From positions 138,696,001 through 138,760,000 of the forward strand of contig CM059431.1 of assembly GCA_030390025.1 (NCBI GenBank): 64,000 nt of DNA, given 5' to 3'. Positions 24,445 through 36,284 of the stretch are shown here, piece after piece. Origin of the DNA: Squalus acanthias. Its lineage: Eukaryota. Every line of letters starts with the position of its first letter. Position 1 is the stretch's first letter. Below the pieces are notes generated by a model. The model had not been told where the DNA came from. It was given only the letters and a program-made list of their open reading frames with translations, and made no database searches. The translations under genes and the position numbers were made by a program.

Positions 24445-24900
24445 AATCATAGAATCACACAGCACAGTAGGAGGCCATTGGGCCCACCGTGCCTGTGCTG
24501 GCTCTTTGAAAGAGCGATCCAATTATCCCCACTCCCTGCTCTTTCCCCATAGCCCTGCAATGCTTTTAATTTTAACTTCCCTTTTTAAAGTTACCATTGA
24601 ATCTGCTTTCCCCGCCCTCTCACGCAGTGCACGTTCTCTCACCCTGATCGTAACAACTCGCTGAGTAAAGAACAATCTCCTCACAACACTTTACCAATTA
24701 TCTGAAATCAGTGTCCTCTGGTTACCGACCCTCTTGTCAGTGAAAACAGTTTCACCCTCTCTGCTCTATTACCACCCCCAACCCCCACGGCCATAATTTG
24801 CAACACATTTATTAAATCTCAGATAAACCTTATTTGCTCTAAGGAGAACAATCCCAGCTTCTATAGTCTCTCCACATAACTGAATTCACTCATCACTGGA
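24445..24900 (-). mobile_element. CR1 LINE 3' fragment
   Basis: Inverted CR1 tail ATCATAGAATC...GGAGGCCATT and RT C-terminal remnants. Confidence 0.7.
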
Positions 24901-25462
24901 CATGATGCAAAGCGACGAAGTTTGGAAAATATTGCCAGTTGGGAGCGGGAAAATCTAAAGAATCCAAAAAAAATACATTCGCCAGCTTTGTGAATCTTTA
25001 GATCCGCTTCAGGAAACGGAATCAGAGGAGAATGAAGGGCGAACCGCCCGATTGACCAGAGGCGGTTAAGACACCGTTCCCTGGTTTCAGACGCTGGGAC
25101 ATTTTCTCTGATGGTATCGGTGACATTAACTGCTCTGAGACATTTAAATGATTCTCGTTACTGCAGATCAGGAAATCAAACGCAACATTGGGTTCGGGAC
25201 ATTCAGATTAATTCGGAACAAACAACGCACCGGAAAGGCTGGAAGGGAGACCGCACCGGTTGCAGGAGAGCTGGTTCGCGATGACATGGGTGTGTCTGCA
25301 GTGTGCGGACCAGACAGTCTCTGTGTGTTCCCAATGAATGGCACATTCTTTAATTTGGAAATGTAAAACTGATAGTGAGCAATTGCTATTCCGGTCACAG
25401 CAATCTGAAACTTTCACTGCCTGACACCCTGGTTTAGGAAATCTTACCACGGAAGGTCCGCC

Positions 25463-25536
25463 GTCTCTGTGGCGCAATCGATTAGCGCGTTCGGCTGTTA
25501 AGTGAAAAGTTGGTGTTTCGAGCCCACCCAGGGTCG
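25463..25536 (+). tRNA. tRNA-Asn(GTT), probably a pseudogene
   Basis: GTCTCTGTGGCGCAATCGATTAGCGCGTTCGGCTGTTAAGTGAAAAGTTGGTGTTTCGAGCCCACCCAGGGTCG, 74 nt; anticodon stem, D-loop GG and T-stem mutated; T-run downstream. Confidence 0.85.
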
Positions 25537-26141
25537 AAGATTTTAACAGTTTTTTTCCATTTACGATTCTTTGTCGCACAGTTCCAGGTTGTCAATGTGA
25601 GCTTTGGCTGCAGGAAAATATTCTGCACACATTGCCAGCTGTGCTGATTAGCAGTAAGTTCCCACCCAAATACTTTTATGAGTACTCATTTCAAATCAAA
25701 TGATAAAAACATGCAGATGGTTCATGTTCCTCCAACTAACCCGTTAGAAATATATTAAGTTATTGGGTTCAAATAAACTGATGGAAATTGATTCAGTATC
25801 TACATATATAGAACTGGAACAGGCCATCGCACCGTGTGAGGCTACATTGAATGTGTGGCTACTGTACAGCTGGTATTAGGGAAAACAATTTAAAACACGC
25901 TGGGCCATTTTATTGATAATTTAGCGGCATCTAATAACTGTATTTTTTCAATGTAAAACGTTGTAAAACACTGCGATCTGACAGCAGGCACATGCGAACA
26001 TGAAGCAATATTTGTGTAGGCGTCATGCTCTGGAACTCCACCTTTAACCCTCCCTCACCTCCTTTCAGACCCGCCTTAAAACCGAAGGCTTTGAACAGTT
26101 TGGGTGAACCCTATTAATATTTCCATATTTGTATAATATAA

Positions 26142-26605
26142 TGAGCTAAAGCTGACGCCGATCAAAGGGGCATAAAACACTAAATATATGGATGAGCTCA
26201 CAAATATCAGGCGCAGTGCGGGTCTGGTCAACGTCAAACTCCTCCTTTCTCATTCAATAGAGGAAGAAGAGACTCAACGGGAGTCAGACACCAGAAATTT
26301 TAATAAATAGAACAACAAAAGACACAAATACAAGTAACATCTATTTCCAAATCTTATCAATGCACATTTATTTCACTTAATATAAAAGCTGACTGCTATG
26401 ACTTTGAAAATGAGCACCATGAGGCTTGTGTTCACTAGTGACTTGTGTCACTATGCTTGTCCTTCAAGTTTGCAATTCAGTTTGTATTGGATATTGAAGA
26501 GACTCCCATTTCAAGATGAGAGCACAACGCACCACGTGTAAAGCAACTGACTTGTATAATGACACATGGAGTTTGTCCAACACCTGTGCTACCAGACCCT
26601 TTCAG
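26142..26605 (-). pseudogene. Truncated duplicate of the vault RNA locus (only ~15-18 nt of the RNA 5' end plus upstream region)
   Basis: TGAGCTAAAGCTGAC followed by sequence collinear with 16921-17190 and 21990-22175. Confidence 0.8.
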
Positions 26606-27566
26606 CGGGTAGATTGATGACAGAATTTGCAGAATAGGACAACAAAAATACTCCAACGTCATTGAAAGTTAGCGATCATTTTTCTAAGTAAGGGTCCTGT
26701 GCACACTGATCAAGTCAGCAACACGTTTCTCTAGTTTAACCCTATTAATTCCTTTCATAATTCTAAAAACCTCAATGAAATCAGCGCATAACTTTCTATA
26801 TTCCAAGGAATACAAGCCTAGTTTATGTAATCTCGCCTAATAATCTAACCATTGGACCCTGGAAACATTCTGGTGAATCTGTGCTGCACTGCTTCCGAGG
26901 CCAATGTCAAAACTTTCTGAGGTGCGGTGGCCAGAGCTGTACAGAGTCCTCCAGAGGTGGTCTAACCAGGACTTTGTACAGCTGTAGCAACACTTTCTCC
27001 CCTTTGTATAACTGCCTCTGTAACCGATTATACAGCTCGTGTGATTGCATTGTATATACCAACTCGGCAACGAAGAACTCGTTTGACGGGAATAAACTGT
27101 TTAAAATTTCGATTTGAAATCAATTCCACAATTTTTTTTTTTTAAGAAACTGTATAACAATCCCGGTATCCAGTTTTAGTGTAATTGGATCAGGAAACTT
27201 CGTCAGTCACCACACACTGTGCATCGACACTGCAGAGGCTCCAGCAACTCTGAGAATATTGTTTTTCCAAACTCTCAGTTTTCAAAATGGAATTGGATAA
27301 TTACTTGAAAGGGTTAAATGTGCAGGGCTGTGGGGAAAGAGCAGGTGAGTGGAATTAATTGTCGAGCTCTTTCCAAGAGACGGCACAGGCAGGATGGGTG
27401 AATTGCCTCCTTCTGTGCTGTGTCATTCTATGATTCTACTAACAGATCAATTTCTGCCATTCTCTACAGCCTTCCTCAATGGAGCACCGAAATTCTATTT
27501 CTGCAAAAAATAATTTCTGAAGTGCAGCACGTTTGGTTGTGTTCCTAAAATCATTCTTGCTGCCGT

Positions 27567-27639
27567 ATTTCCGTAGTGCACTGGTTATCATGTTTGCTTA
27601 ACACAGGAAATATATCTGTTTCGGAACTGGACAGAAATA
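27567..27639 (+). pseudogene. tRNA-Val(AAC) pseudogene
   Basis: ATTTCCGTAGTGCACTGGTTATCATGTTTGCTTAACACAGGAAA...TTCGGAACTGGACAGAAATA is collinear with tRNA-Val-AAC; heavily mutated. Confidence 0.75.
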
Positions 27640-27814
27640 TTTTGAGAATTTGTTCAATTACATATTAGGAAAATAGAATAATTCACATTGGTGTTTCGAT
27701 ATTAACAAAATACAACATCTCTCAGCTGTGTTATATTTGCTGTTTCTCAGTTCGGTTCTGTACACATTCAAACTCTACAGTGGCTCTGTATCTCTGTATG
27801 CACTGTCACTGCAA

Positions 27815-28705
27815 CTATAGAAACCCTGGTTAGACCATACCAGGAGTACTGTGAACAGTTCTGGGCACCACACCTTAGGAAGGATATATTGGCCTGGGAG
27901 GGAGTGCAGCGTAGGTTTACCAGAATTATACCCGGACTTCAAGGGTTAAGATACAAGGAGAGATTAAACAAATTAGTATTGTATTCACTGGAGTTTAGAA
28001 GGTTAAGGGGTACCTGATCGAATTTTTCAAGATATTAAGGGGAACAGATAACGTAGATAGCGAGAAACTATTTTTGCTATTTGGGGATTCTAGGAGTAGG
28101 GGGCATAGTCTAAAAATTAGTTACAGACATTTCAGGAGTGAAATTAGGACACACTTCTACACACAAAGGATGGTAGAATTTTGGACCTCTCTTCCGGAAA
28201 TGGCAATTGATGCTAGATCAATTGTAAAGTTTAAATCTGAGATTGATAGTTTTTTGTTAACTAAAGGTATGAAGAGATATGAAAGGCGGATGTATAGAGT
28301 TAGATCGCAGATCAGCCTTGATCTCTTGGATTATGGGGCAACACGGTGGCATAGTGGTTAGCACTGTTGCCTCACAGCGCCAGGGACCCGGGTTCGAATC
28401 CGGCCTCGGGTGACTGTCTGTGTGGAGTTTGCACATTCTCCCCGTGTCTGCGTGGGTTTCCTCCGGGTGCTCCGGTTTCCTCCCAGCAGTCCAAAGATGT
28501 GCACGTTAGGTTGATTTAGCTATGATAAATTGACCCTTAGTGTTCGGGGGATTAAATACGTGGGGTTACGGGGATAGGGTGGGATATGTGTCGGTGCAGG
28601 CTCGATGGGCCGAAATGGCCTCTATCTGCACTGTGGGGATTCTGTGATTCTGAATGGCGTTACAAGCTCAAGGGGCTGAATGGCCTCCTCCTGTTCCTAT
28701 ATTCC
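27815..28705 (+). mobile_element. CR1 LINE 3' end (interrupted by a V-SINE)
   Basis: YRTLVRP..EYC..FWAPHLRKDILA, SRGHSLKI, FYTQR motifs. Confidence 0.82.
28335..28652 (+). mobile_element. V-SINE (HE1-like)
   Basis: Near-identical to 621-930; A/B boxes, V-domain, GATTCTGT tail. Confidence 0.9.
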
Positions 28706-29419
28706 GATGCTCTCTCACTCGCTGCCGTCAACAGTGCTGACGACCCTCTCAAAGCTGCAAATTCCGGCTGATATCAGTTGAATTGTGATTCAAAGAACCT
28801 GCAGCGCTGCCTCGGTCAACAACAGCAGTTCTAAGCCGCATTTCAAACCCGGGAACAAACCCATCAATGATTCGCTCTTCCCCAGCTCCAGGCTGAGTGA
28901 GGCCGGGACAAGCAGCAACATTGCGGCCCCGCACTCTCCAATCACCCGATGCCAGCGGACAGCGGCGAATGCAGCCTCAATCAGTGGGTTACTGCCCATC
29001 CCTGGAATGCAAGCTGCCACGGCCCGGGCCAAATCTCCCCGTACACCCAGCACAGGCTTCCGAAAAGGCGAGGCGATTATATCCGGGCCACTCAGCCTTC
29101 TAGCAGCATTTACAGATACCCGAGAGAGGGAAACTTTCTTTGGTCCTCAATGGGGAAACACCGGGTGGGAACTTGCTGCTCATGAACATGTGTGAAAGGG
29201 GCTACAATCCTTTTAAATTTAACAACGGCTGCAGCAGATTCCAGGTTTCATACTCACTGAATAGTTTAAACCAAACTCTTAAAATACAGTGCACAAAACG
29301 GGAAGGTTCAATGTTCAGGACATGCAGAGCAGAAAAGCTATTTCATTTTCACTGTCACTCGTCAAACATATGAACATTTCGTTCAGTCTGCAAAAAAATG
29401 ATGGACATTAATATAATTA

Positions 29420-30780
29420 TTCACGGTCTCACAGAGAGGCTGAGGATAATGCGGGCACCTTAAACACAGACGCAGGCGACATTGTAGTTGAAAATAAAGA
29501 AATGGCAGACATGTTAAACAATTGCATTGCATCAGTCTTCAAAGTAGAGGAAAGGAAAAACTAATAGAGACATGGAGAATACGAAAACTAAAACACCCGG
29601 AGGGATATACTAGATTTAATATAACGACATCCGGCAGGCATTTGATAAGGTTCCTCACAAGAGACTGTTAGCAAAAACCAAAGCGCGTGGAATTTGAGGC
29701 AACGTATTGACACGGGTAGGGAATAGGTTAGGAGGTAGGAGGCACAGAGTATGGATAATGGGTTTGTGCTCCAATTGGCAAGATGTGACTTGTGGTGTCC
29801 CCTGGGATCTGTACTGCGGCCTCAGATTTTCACTATATTGATAAATGACTTAGATGAAGGAATAGAGAACCGGATTTCCAAGTTTACTGATGGCACTAAG
29901 TTGGGAGCACAGTAAGCAGTGTAGGTGGGAGCAGTGAATTGTAAAAGGACATTGATGCGTTATGTGAGTGGGAAATCTGTGATTAATGGTTTTCAATGTG
30001 GGGAAGTGTCTGATCATCCACTTTGGACCACAGAAAGATAAGTCAGTGGTTTTTCCAAAAACTGTGTGTTAGAGAATGATTTTTTCTGAGGACAGTGGAA
30101 TATGGCAACTGATATTAGAAATAGCGACCCCCCTTTGTGATTGGTTGTGCCGACCCACATGATCCCAGGGAGGGTTATGAACCGCATGTGCTCCTGGGAC
30201 ATGTGGGCCTTTACTCAGGCGTAGGCCTGCAGACCCAGGAGCGCGAGTCTTCGAAGGTACGGAGGCACCAGGTAGTTGCGAACTTTACTGGCGATTCGGA
30301 CCTCATTAAATCCAATGGGACCTGCGGGCCACTCACAGCGTTTATATTTTAGCGACTTTGTAGTGAAGTAGAATGTTTGTAAGTGAGATTTCATAGTGAA
30401 ATTTTAGTAACAGGACAAGTCTGCTTTGGATGATATAGAGGCTGAAGACATAGGCTGTTAGATTCTGAATTAAAATATAATGTAAACCACTAAAACTGTT
30501 GAATTGTAGTTGACCCCAACACCAGCAGTTTAATTGTACTTTTCGTATTAACAATCCTATGACAAACATACAAAGGTTACAGGAATATCCGGGACCTGAA
30601 TGTATGCGAGACACTGTTCTTAATCCACTAAGATAAGGTGGAACATGATGAGCTGTTTCACCTTGTCCACAACAGGGGAACCAGAGGACACGGCCTGAGA
30701 TTGAAGAAGTAAATTCAAAACGAATCTCTGGAAACATTATTTCAGTGAGCGACTGTCTATCTATGGAACAGGCTTCCTTC
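29420..30780 (+). mobile_element. Old CR1 LINE fragments
   Basis: Decayed AFDKVPHKRLL, GVP, INDLDEG, SKFTD motifs with an intervening insertion. Confidence 0.65.
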
Positions 30781-30799
30781 CTAATCTTTATAATAAATC

Positions 30800-31465
30800 T
30801 AGAGGTCAGGGGAGTTCAGGGGAACACGGGCAGCAAAATTAGAATTAAAATATAGGAGAATTCAGGGGAACACTGTAAATGTTTAATTAGAAATGGAGAA
30901 CAGGAAAATTAAGTGCAATAAATTAACTGCTAATTAGAAATAGACTAAAGGAAATATAGAGGAACACAGTGATGGTTTAATTAGAAATAGAGCACAGTGG
31001 AATATGGTAACTGATATTAGAAATAGGGACCAGCGGAACACAATAACACTTCATTTACAAGTAGGGGACAGGGGAAGATAGCAACTGTTCAATTAGAAAT
31101 AGAGGACACGGAAATTCAGGGGAATCAACGAACTGTCTAATTAGAAATAGAATTAAATGAGACATGGGGTAACACAGTAACTGTTTAATTAGAAATAGGG
31201 GACTGGGGAGACAGTAACTCTTTATTTATAAATAGAGGAGACGGGAATGTCAGTGAAACACAGTAACTGTTTAATTAGAAATTGGGGCGCAAGAACATAG
31301 TACCCATGGATATAGAATTACTTGACAGGGGAACACAGTTACTGTTTAATTACAAATAGAGGGCAAGCAATGTCTAGGAAACACAATAACTGTTTAATTA
31401 GAAATAGAGAAACTCAAAGGGAGTATCAAAACATTTTAAATAGAAACAGGGTACGGGGAAACACA
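30800..31465. repeat. Degenerate minisatellite with core AACACAGTAACTGTTTAATTAGAAATAG
   Basis: Core recurs more than 10 times at irregular 30-60 bp spacing. Confidence 0.8.
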
Positions 31466-34112
31466 ACCACATCAGATTGAATGTGACACGGTAATGTAAT
31501 GGTTAATTATTCATGCCTTTGCTTTCTATATTACCTGTTGAGTTCGGACGATGTGGTTGATTGCAGGTCGCGTTCTCAGGATTGTAGCTGGGTTGAGAAC
31601 ATCGCTGACTAATGGAATTAAAACCTCCGCCTACTGCCTGACTCCTGCCTTAAATATTGTGGGTCGTCTGAATCGAGATAAATGAGAATGTGATTCTTGT
31701 ACAGAACTGTCCCCATCTAATGAGCAATTCCCCCAGAAGTTGGATGCCATCCGGATTGGCAGAGCCCGGGGTCCTGCAATCAATTGTATTTTGGCTTTTG
31801 GATAACGTCAGGGTCAAGAAGAACGTTAAAGAGTTAATCACAGTAAGTAAATGGAGCCCATTCAAAATTAAAGTACAAAGGCTTTTATTAGCGTAAGATT
31901 TTCAATAAGGCTCTTGAACATTGGAGTGAAGTGCCATAGATTTATTAAGCACATAATACACGCAATTTTATTTAAGTATACATTTAAAAGGTAGAAATTA
32001 GACCCACACCTGATATTGATTGGGTGGAGACCCAAACTTGTCACAGTTCTGAGTTGCTTAGGCCTTTAACAAAACAATATTCATTAAAACTGCCAGTTTT
32101 CATGCATTTTTCTCATTCCCTGTACTTGACAATCCACACAATCCTGCATTACAAGAGTATATCAAATTTAAAAAAAAATCCATATAAAGATAATTTAATT
32201 GAGATATATGAGCGATAGTTTCACTCTTGATTCATATAATTGCAATTGTACCAAATGAATCATTTAGTAATAAGTCCGTCTTTGTTTCTGTATCTGTTGT
32301 ACTAATTCAAAATGATGATGGATGCCCGGCTGTTTTGCTTTGCAGTACTGTCTTCCCACACTGTTACTAAATGATTAAAGTTCCCTGAAATTGATGAATC
32401 TTTTTCCAATGTCATGAGTTTAATTAAATCGCTTATGACTTCATCCTGAAACTGACCGTCGCTGCAGCGTTAGCGCTGGCCCAACAGCCAGTGGTACTGT
32501 AAGTAGATTTATACGTCCCTGCATAACAGGAAAAGGCTAAAGGTTTACATTGCTACAATAAAAAGACAAACCAATACAGTATAGCTTTAGAAGAATGTCG
32601 GGTGGTTTGATTAACCATTTCCTTACATTGCATCCTTTGTTGGCGTTAGAATATTTATGGTCAATACTAAGCAATTTTTCATCAGCATCATATATCTATC
32701 TCGACCTATTCTATGGCACAGGTCTCTGCACCTTGATTTTACATATGTTCTCACTCTCCAGAGCCAGATTAAACATTTCATGCAGTGGTGTTATCAGTGT
32801 GACTGACCATGTCTTGGAACCTATTCTTCATCAAGTATTTCACAGGCTGGTTGCTTTATGTACGATATGTCACTTCTGCACACACAGCGATTCCAAAGAT
32901 TATGCCGCGCGAGCCATCCGATACAAGCCATCCCTCTCCTTTTTGGTTATCATATAGAACGACCAGGGGCATGAAGGTGTTTGATTAGAATCTCCCCCTG
33001 CATGGTCCTGATGTTTTTGGATAGTGACCAAGCTATCAAATACAAACTTCTCATCGTTCCGTATAAAAAGGGACACAGCCATTTCCAAGAAAAAGTTATC
33101 AATTATCCATCTTAACTAAACTTACCTGACTTTCACTAGATTGTGCTTTGACAGCAGATTGATATATTTTGGCGAGTGGTACCCAGGTGATTTAAGTTAA
33201 GAAGGGACTTGGCAGTATAGATAGAAGCAGACTGCTTCCATTAGTTGAGGGATCAAGGGCTAACGGCCAGAGATACATATATGTTAGAGATTTAGAACGA
33301 AAGTAAGTAGGAGCCACTTTACACGGAGAGTTGTGAGACTGGAAATAACGGAGGCAGAAATTGTCATGTATTGAAGATTAAATTATATACATGGATGAAT
33401 AACAATAGGTTGAATTGATGTTGAAACCGGGCGGGTAAAGTGGATGGAACTAATTACTGGGGTGGAGTGAATACGCCAACAAGGACTGATTGGGTTCCCT
33501 TTTGGAACGGCCGTCTTAACATTCCAACATTGTGATGACCAGTTGAGATTTTCAGTAAATATCTGTGAACAAAGATGTCTAATGTCACATTGACGAGTCA
33601 AGTTCCTACTGTCTCCATGATTAGACACTGATCAGGAGACATGGCCCCGTTCTATTGGTCCAGGAGACAATGGGGGCGGAGTCTGATGGGGAGACCAGCG
33701 CCTGCAACATTCACACCAAGATTACAGAATTACAGGTAACCACCATTGTAACACATTGTTTCTACACTGAAGGAAATATTACCTGTTAATTAAACTGGGG
33801 CGTCTCATTCCAGTACCTGCGGTGTGAGGCAGTTAATGCTGACGCCCACATGTTCTACTTCACTGCTGAAGCTCAGTCATGACTGTTCTCTTTGAATCTT
33901 GAGCGGGAAGGGCGCTGTTTTAGAAAAAATCGCTTCTGTTCACCCGGGGAAAGCAGCAGACATCAAACACACGGCAGAATGTCACGGAAATTTGTTCTGA
34001 TACCTGTTTACTTTAACAACAGCAAACCCTTACCGTCCTAACAGAAGACGGCCGTTCCAAAAGGGAATTTTAATTTAACTCTAGTTTGGACAGGAAGTTT
34101 CCGGGTATTTTT

Positions 34113-35011
34113 TCATTTTCGAAAAACAATAAACTTCCATGGAGATTTAATCAGCTTCTTCAGCTCTGCCCTGAATTTAGTTTTAGTAGCTGCATAAATA
34201 CAGGTGTTTGAACAGGAACTCAAATACATGAGCATATAACCGGTTGCTGTGGCGATATATGCGGGAGCTGAATAATCGCCTCGGTAAAACGCGGTTTTTG
34301 ACAGTCTGGTAGTTAAATAACTAACAACAGATGTCAGCCACAACAGTATAAAACTGCCCGATACACTGAAAAGTAAAATGATGGATTTCCTTCGGTTCTC
34401 CATCTTTGGATCGCTCTGATTCTCACTGCTGTGACCCCGAAATCCCCTGCGGGATCTACTGGCCACTAAAATACGTCTGACTGTCAAACAATTAAACAGT
34501 AATATCAAAGCAAATGCAAGCCAAGCAATGAAAATGCTTTCTAACCAGTAGTACGCGACACTTGCAGCGGATGAGAAAAACTCCACTCTGGCGCGGCAAC
34601 CCCAGGGAACATTGTTAATTATTCGCTCAGGTTCATATGCAAACCAAAAAGGGAGACTCTGTAAACAGATCACGACAGAGACCGTTGTTATAACCGCGGC
34701 CACAGTTCTCACTGTGCAATACTTGGTTTTAAACTTCTCACAACATATAGCTACAAATCGGTCAAATGTGAATGAGACTGTAAACCACACCGACAAATAC
34801 AAGGTGACACATTGCACATATATAATGATCTTACAAACGGCAGTTAACGACAGGAATGAATGTGGAAAGTGATAACGTACAATGCGGTTCACTAATATTT
34901 TGATGATCATGACCAGTAGATCTGCTGTTGCCATGGCCACCATGTAGACAGAGATACATTTGGAAAGGCCGCAATTTCCTCTGGAGAGAATCACGATTGT
35001 CAGTAGGTTCG
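34113..35011 (-). CDS. gpr139-like: GPR139/GPR142-like class A GPCR, exon 2
   Basis: ANLLTIVILSR, MATADLLV, SVWFTVSFTFDRFVAIC, SCSNTCIY motifs; seven hydrophobic segments overall; acceptor CCCTCTTTCTCACAG at 35012. Confidence 0.92.
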
Positions 35012-35763
35012 CTGTGAGAAAGAGGGTCAAGAGGTCAGTAACGGGGTGATTCAGATAAATCTCACAGCTTTTTGTGGGGAAATGTTCAGATGTGAAACCT
35101 ACTTAGGGTTATTCACACGGATTGCTATCATGAATATAGGCGAGGGTTAACGTATGTTGTTTAACATAAATTATTCATTGGGCATTCAATATAGAGGGAC
35201 AGAAAATCCATCATCCTTCCAGCATGCTTCACTCAGTCTTTGTCAAATATTAAAAATAATTTCACGGCAATTTATGGAAAGATATAATTCAAATGAAACA
35301 TTCAGCTGAGAGAAAAACGTTCAATTTATGTCCAAATTCTGCCGAGGGGAGTGGAGCATCTTCTTCAGTGGAAATTATTTCTCAAAATATCTTGCAAAGA
35401 CCTCTGTTGGGTGGAGGTGGTTTGCAGTCCGAGGAATTATCACATTAATATAGACAGGGAACATCGGCACAAATGAGGTGAATATTATAGACACTGAGCA
35501 ACACGTTCTTTAGTGATCTATGCACGGTTGGAGAGCCCGGGGAATTAGCCTCGCCCTCCCTCAGCATAGGGAGGAAGGTTGAGCGCCCGGTACAAACGAT
35601 CTGCCCACCAGAACAGCGGCCGCGCGTTCTGGTAGGATTCCCGCTGATATTCAGAGACTGATCCCGGTTGATGAATGAATATGCATTGAGGACATTCTCG
35701 GAATATGTTGCATTAACACTCAGATAGTCAACAGCTATTAGGCAACAGGATACATTGACTTAC

Positions 35764-35833
35764 CGGGAACGCCAAAGGCTGCGAGAAAATGATAGTAAAT
35801 CTCCTTTATCTGTAGAATTGCTGGCCGTGCCAT
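35764..35833 (-). CDS. gpr139-like: GPR139/GPR142-like GPCR, exon 1 (MARPAILQIKEIYYHFLAAFGVP); spliced product 322 aa
   Basis: ATG at 35833, donor G|GTAAGT at 35763; phase-1 join gives FGVP-A-NLL in frame with exon 2, the TM1 intron position I recall for GPR139. Confidence 0.88.
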
Positions 35834-35912
35834 TGTTTTGCAGATTTGTGTGAAGATTGAGCGGCTTTACGGTTCCGACTAGAGTCAATCGGCGATCCGT
35901 AAGTGCTCCCCC

Positions 35913-35918
35913 TTTATA
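35913..35918 (-). promoter_or_regulatory. Candidate TATA box of the GPCR gene
   Basis: CCTATAAAGGGG about 80 nt upstream of the ATG. Confidence 0.55.
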
Positions 35919-36284
35919 GGACCGCCGCTGCCCCTATGAGAAAATCATGTTACACAATAATTGGCGCTGGTTACAGTCACTTAACAAACAAGGAGCGATT
36001 TTCCCATTCAGTGTGCCCCGACCGCCACTGGGGAAATTGAACAGATCAGTCCATGAAACTCGGTCCATTAAAATCAATGAACGGAAAGTACTCCCAGAGG
36101 GAATGTGCTCTGCGAATCTCTGGTGAAAACTGAAGGCAACATCCTTCCCGGACTCTGCATTAGGTTCTTGAAGTCACATGTTAATTTGATGAAATCGTCA
36201 CTCATCCATTGTATAACGATTTGTTTTGTACTGTGATGATGAATGATGATGAATCGGCTCCAACATGACTTACGATGCTTTTAA

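Noticed and set aside
28720..29200. GC/CpG-rich stretch with overlapping 60-136 aa ORFs
   Set aside because: No recognisable domain, splice structure or consistent frame; cannot support a gene
31650..33130. Non-repetitive-looking sequence that might be decayed exons
   Set aside because: Frames I translated contain stops and match no protein family I recognise; needs TBLASTX
35012..35030. ORF-track start (TTG, MTLFLT) for the GPCR
   Set aside because: This is the intron polypyrimidine tract and acceptor; the real start is the ATG at 35833 in exon 1
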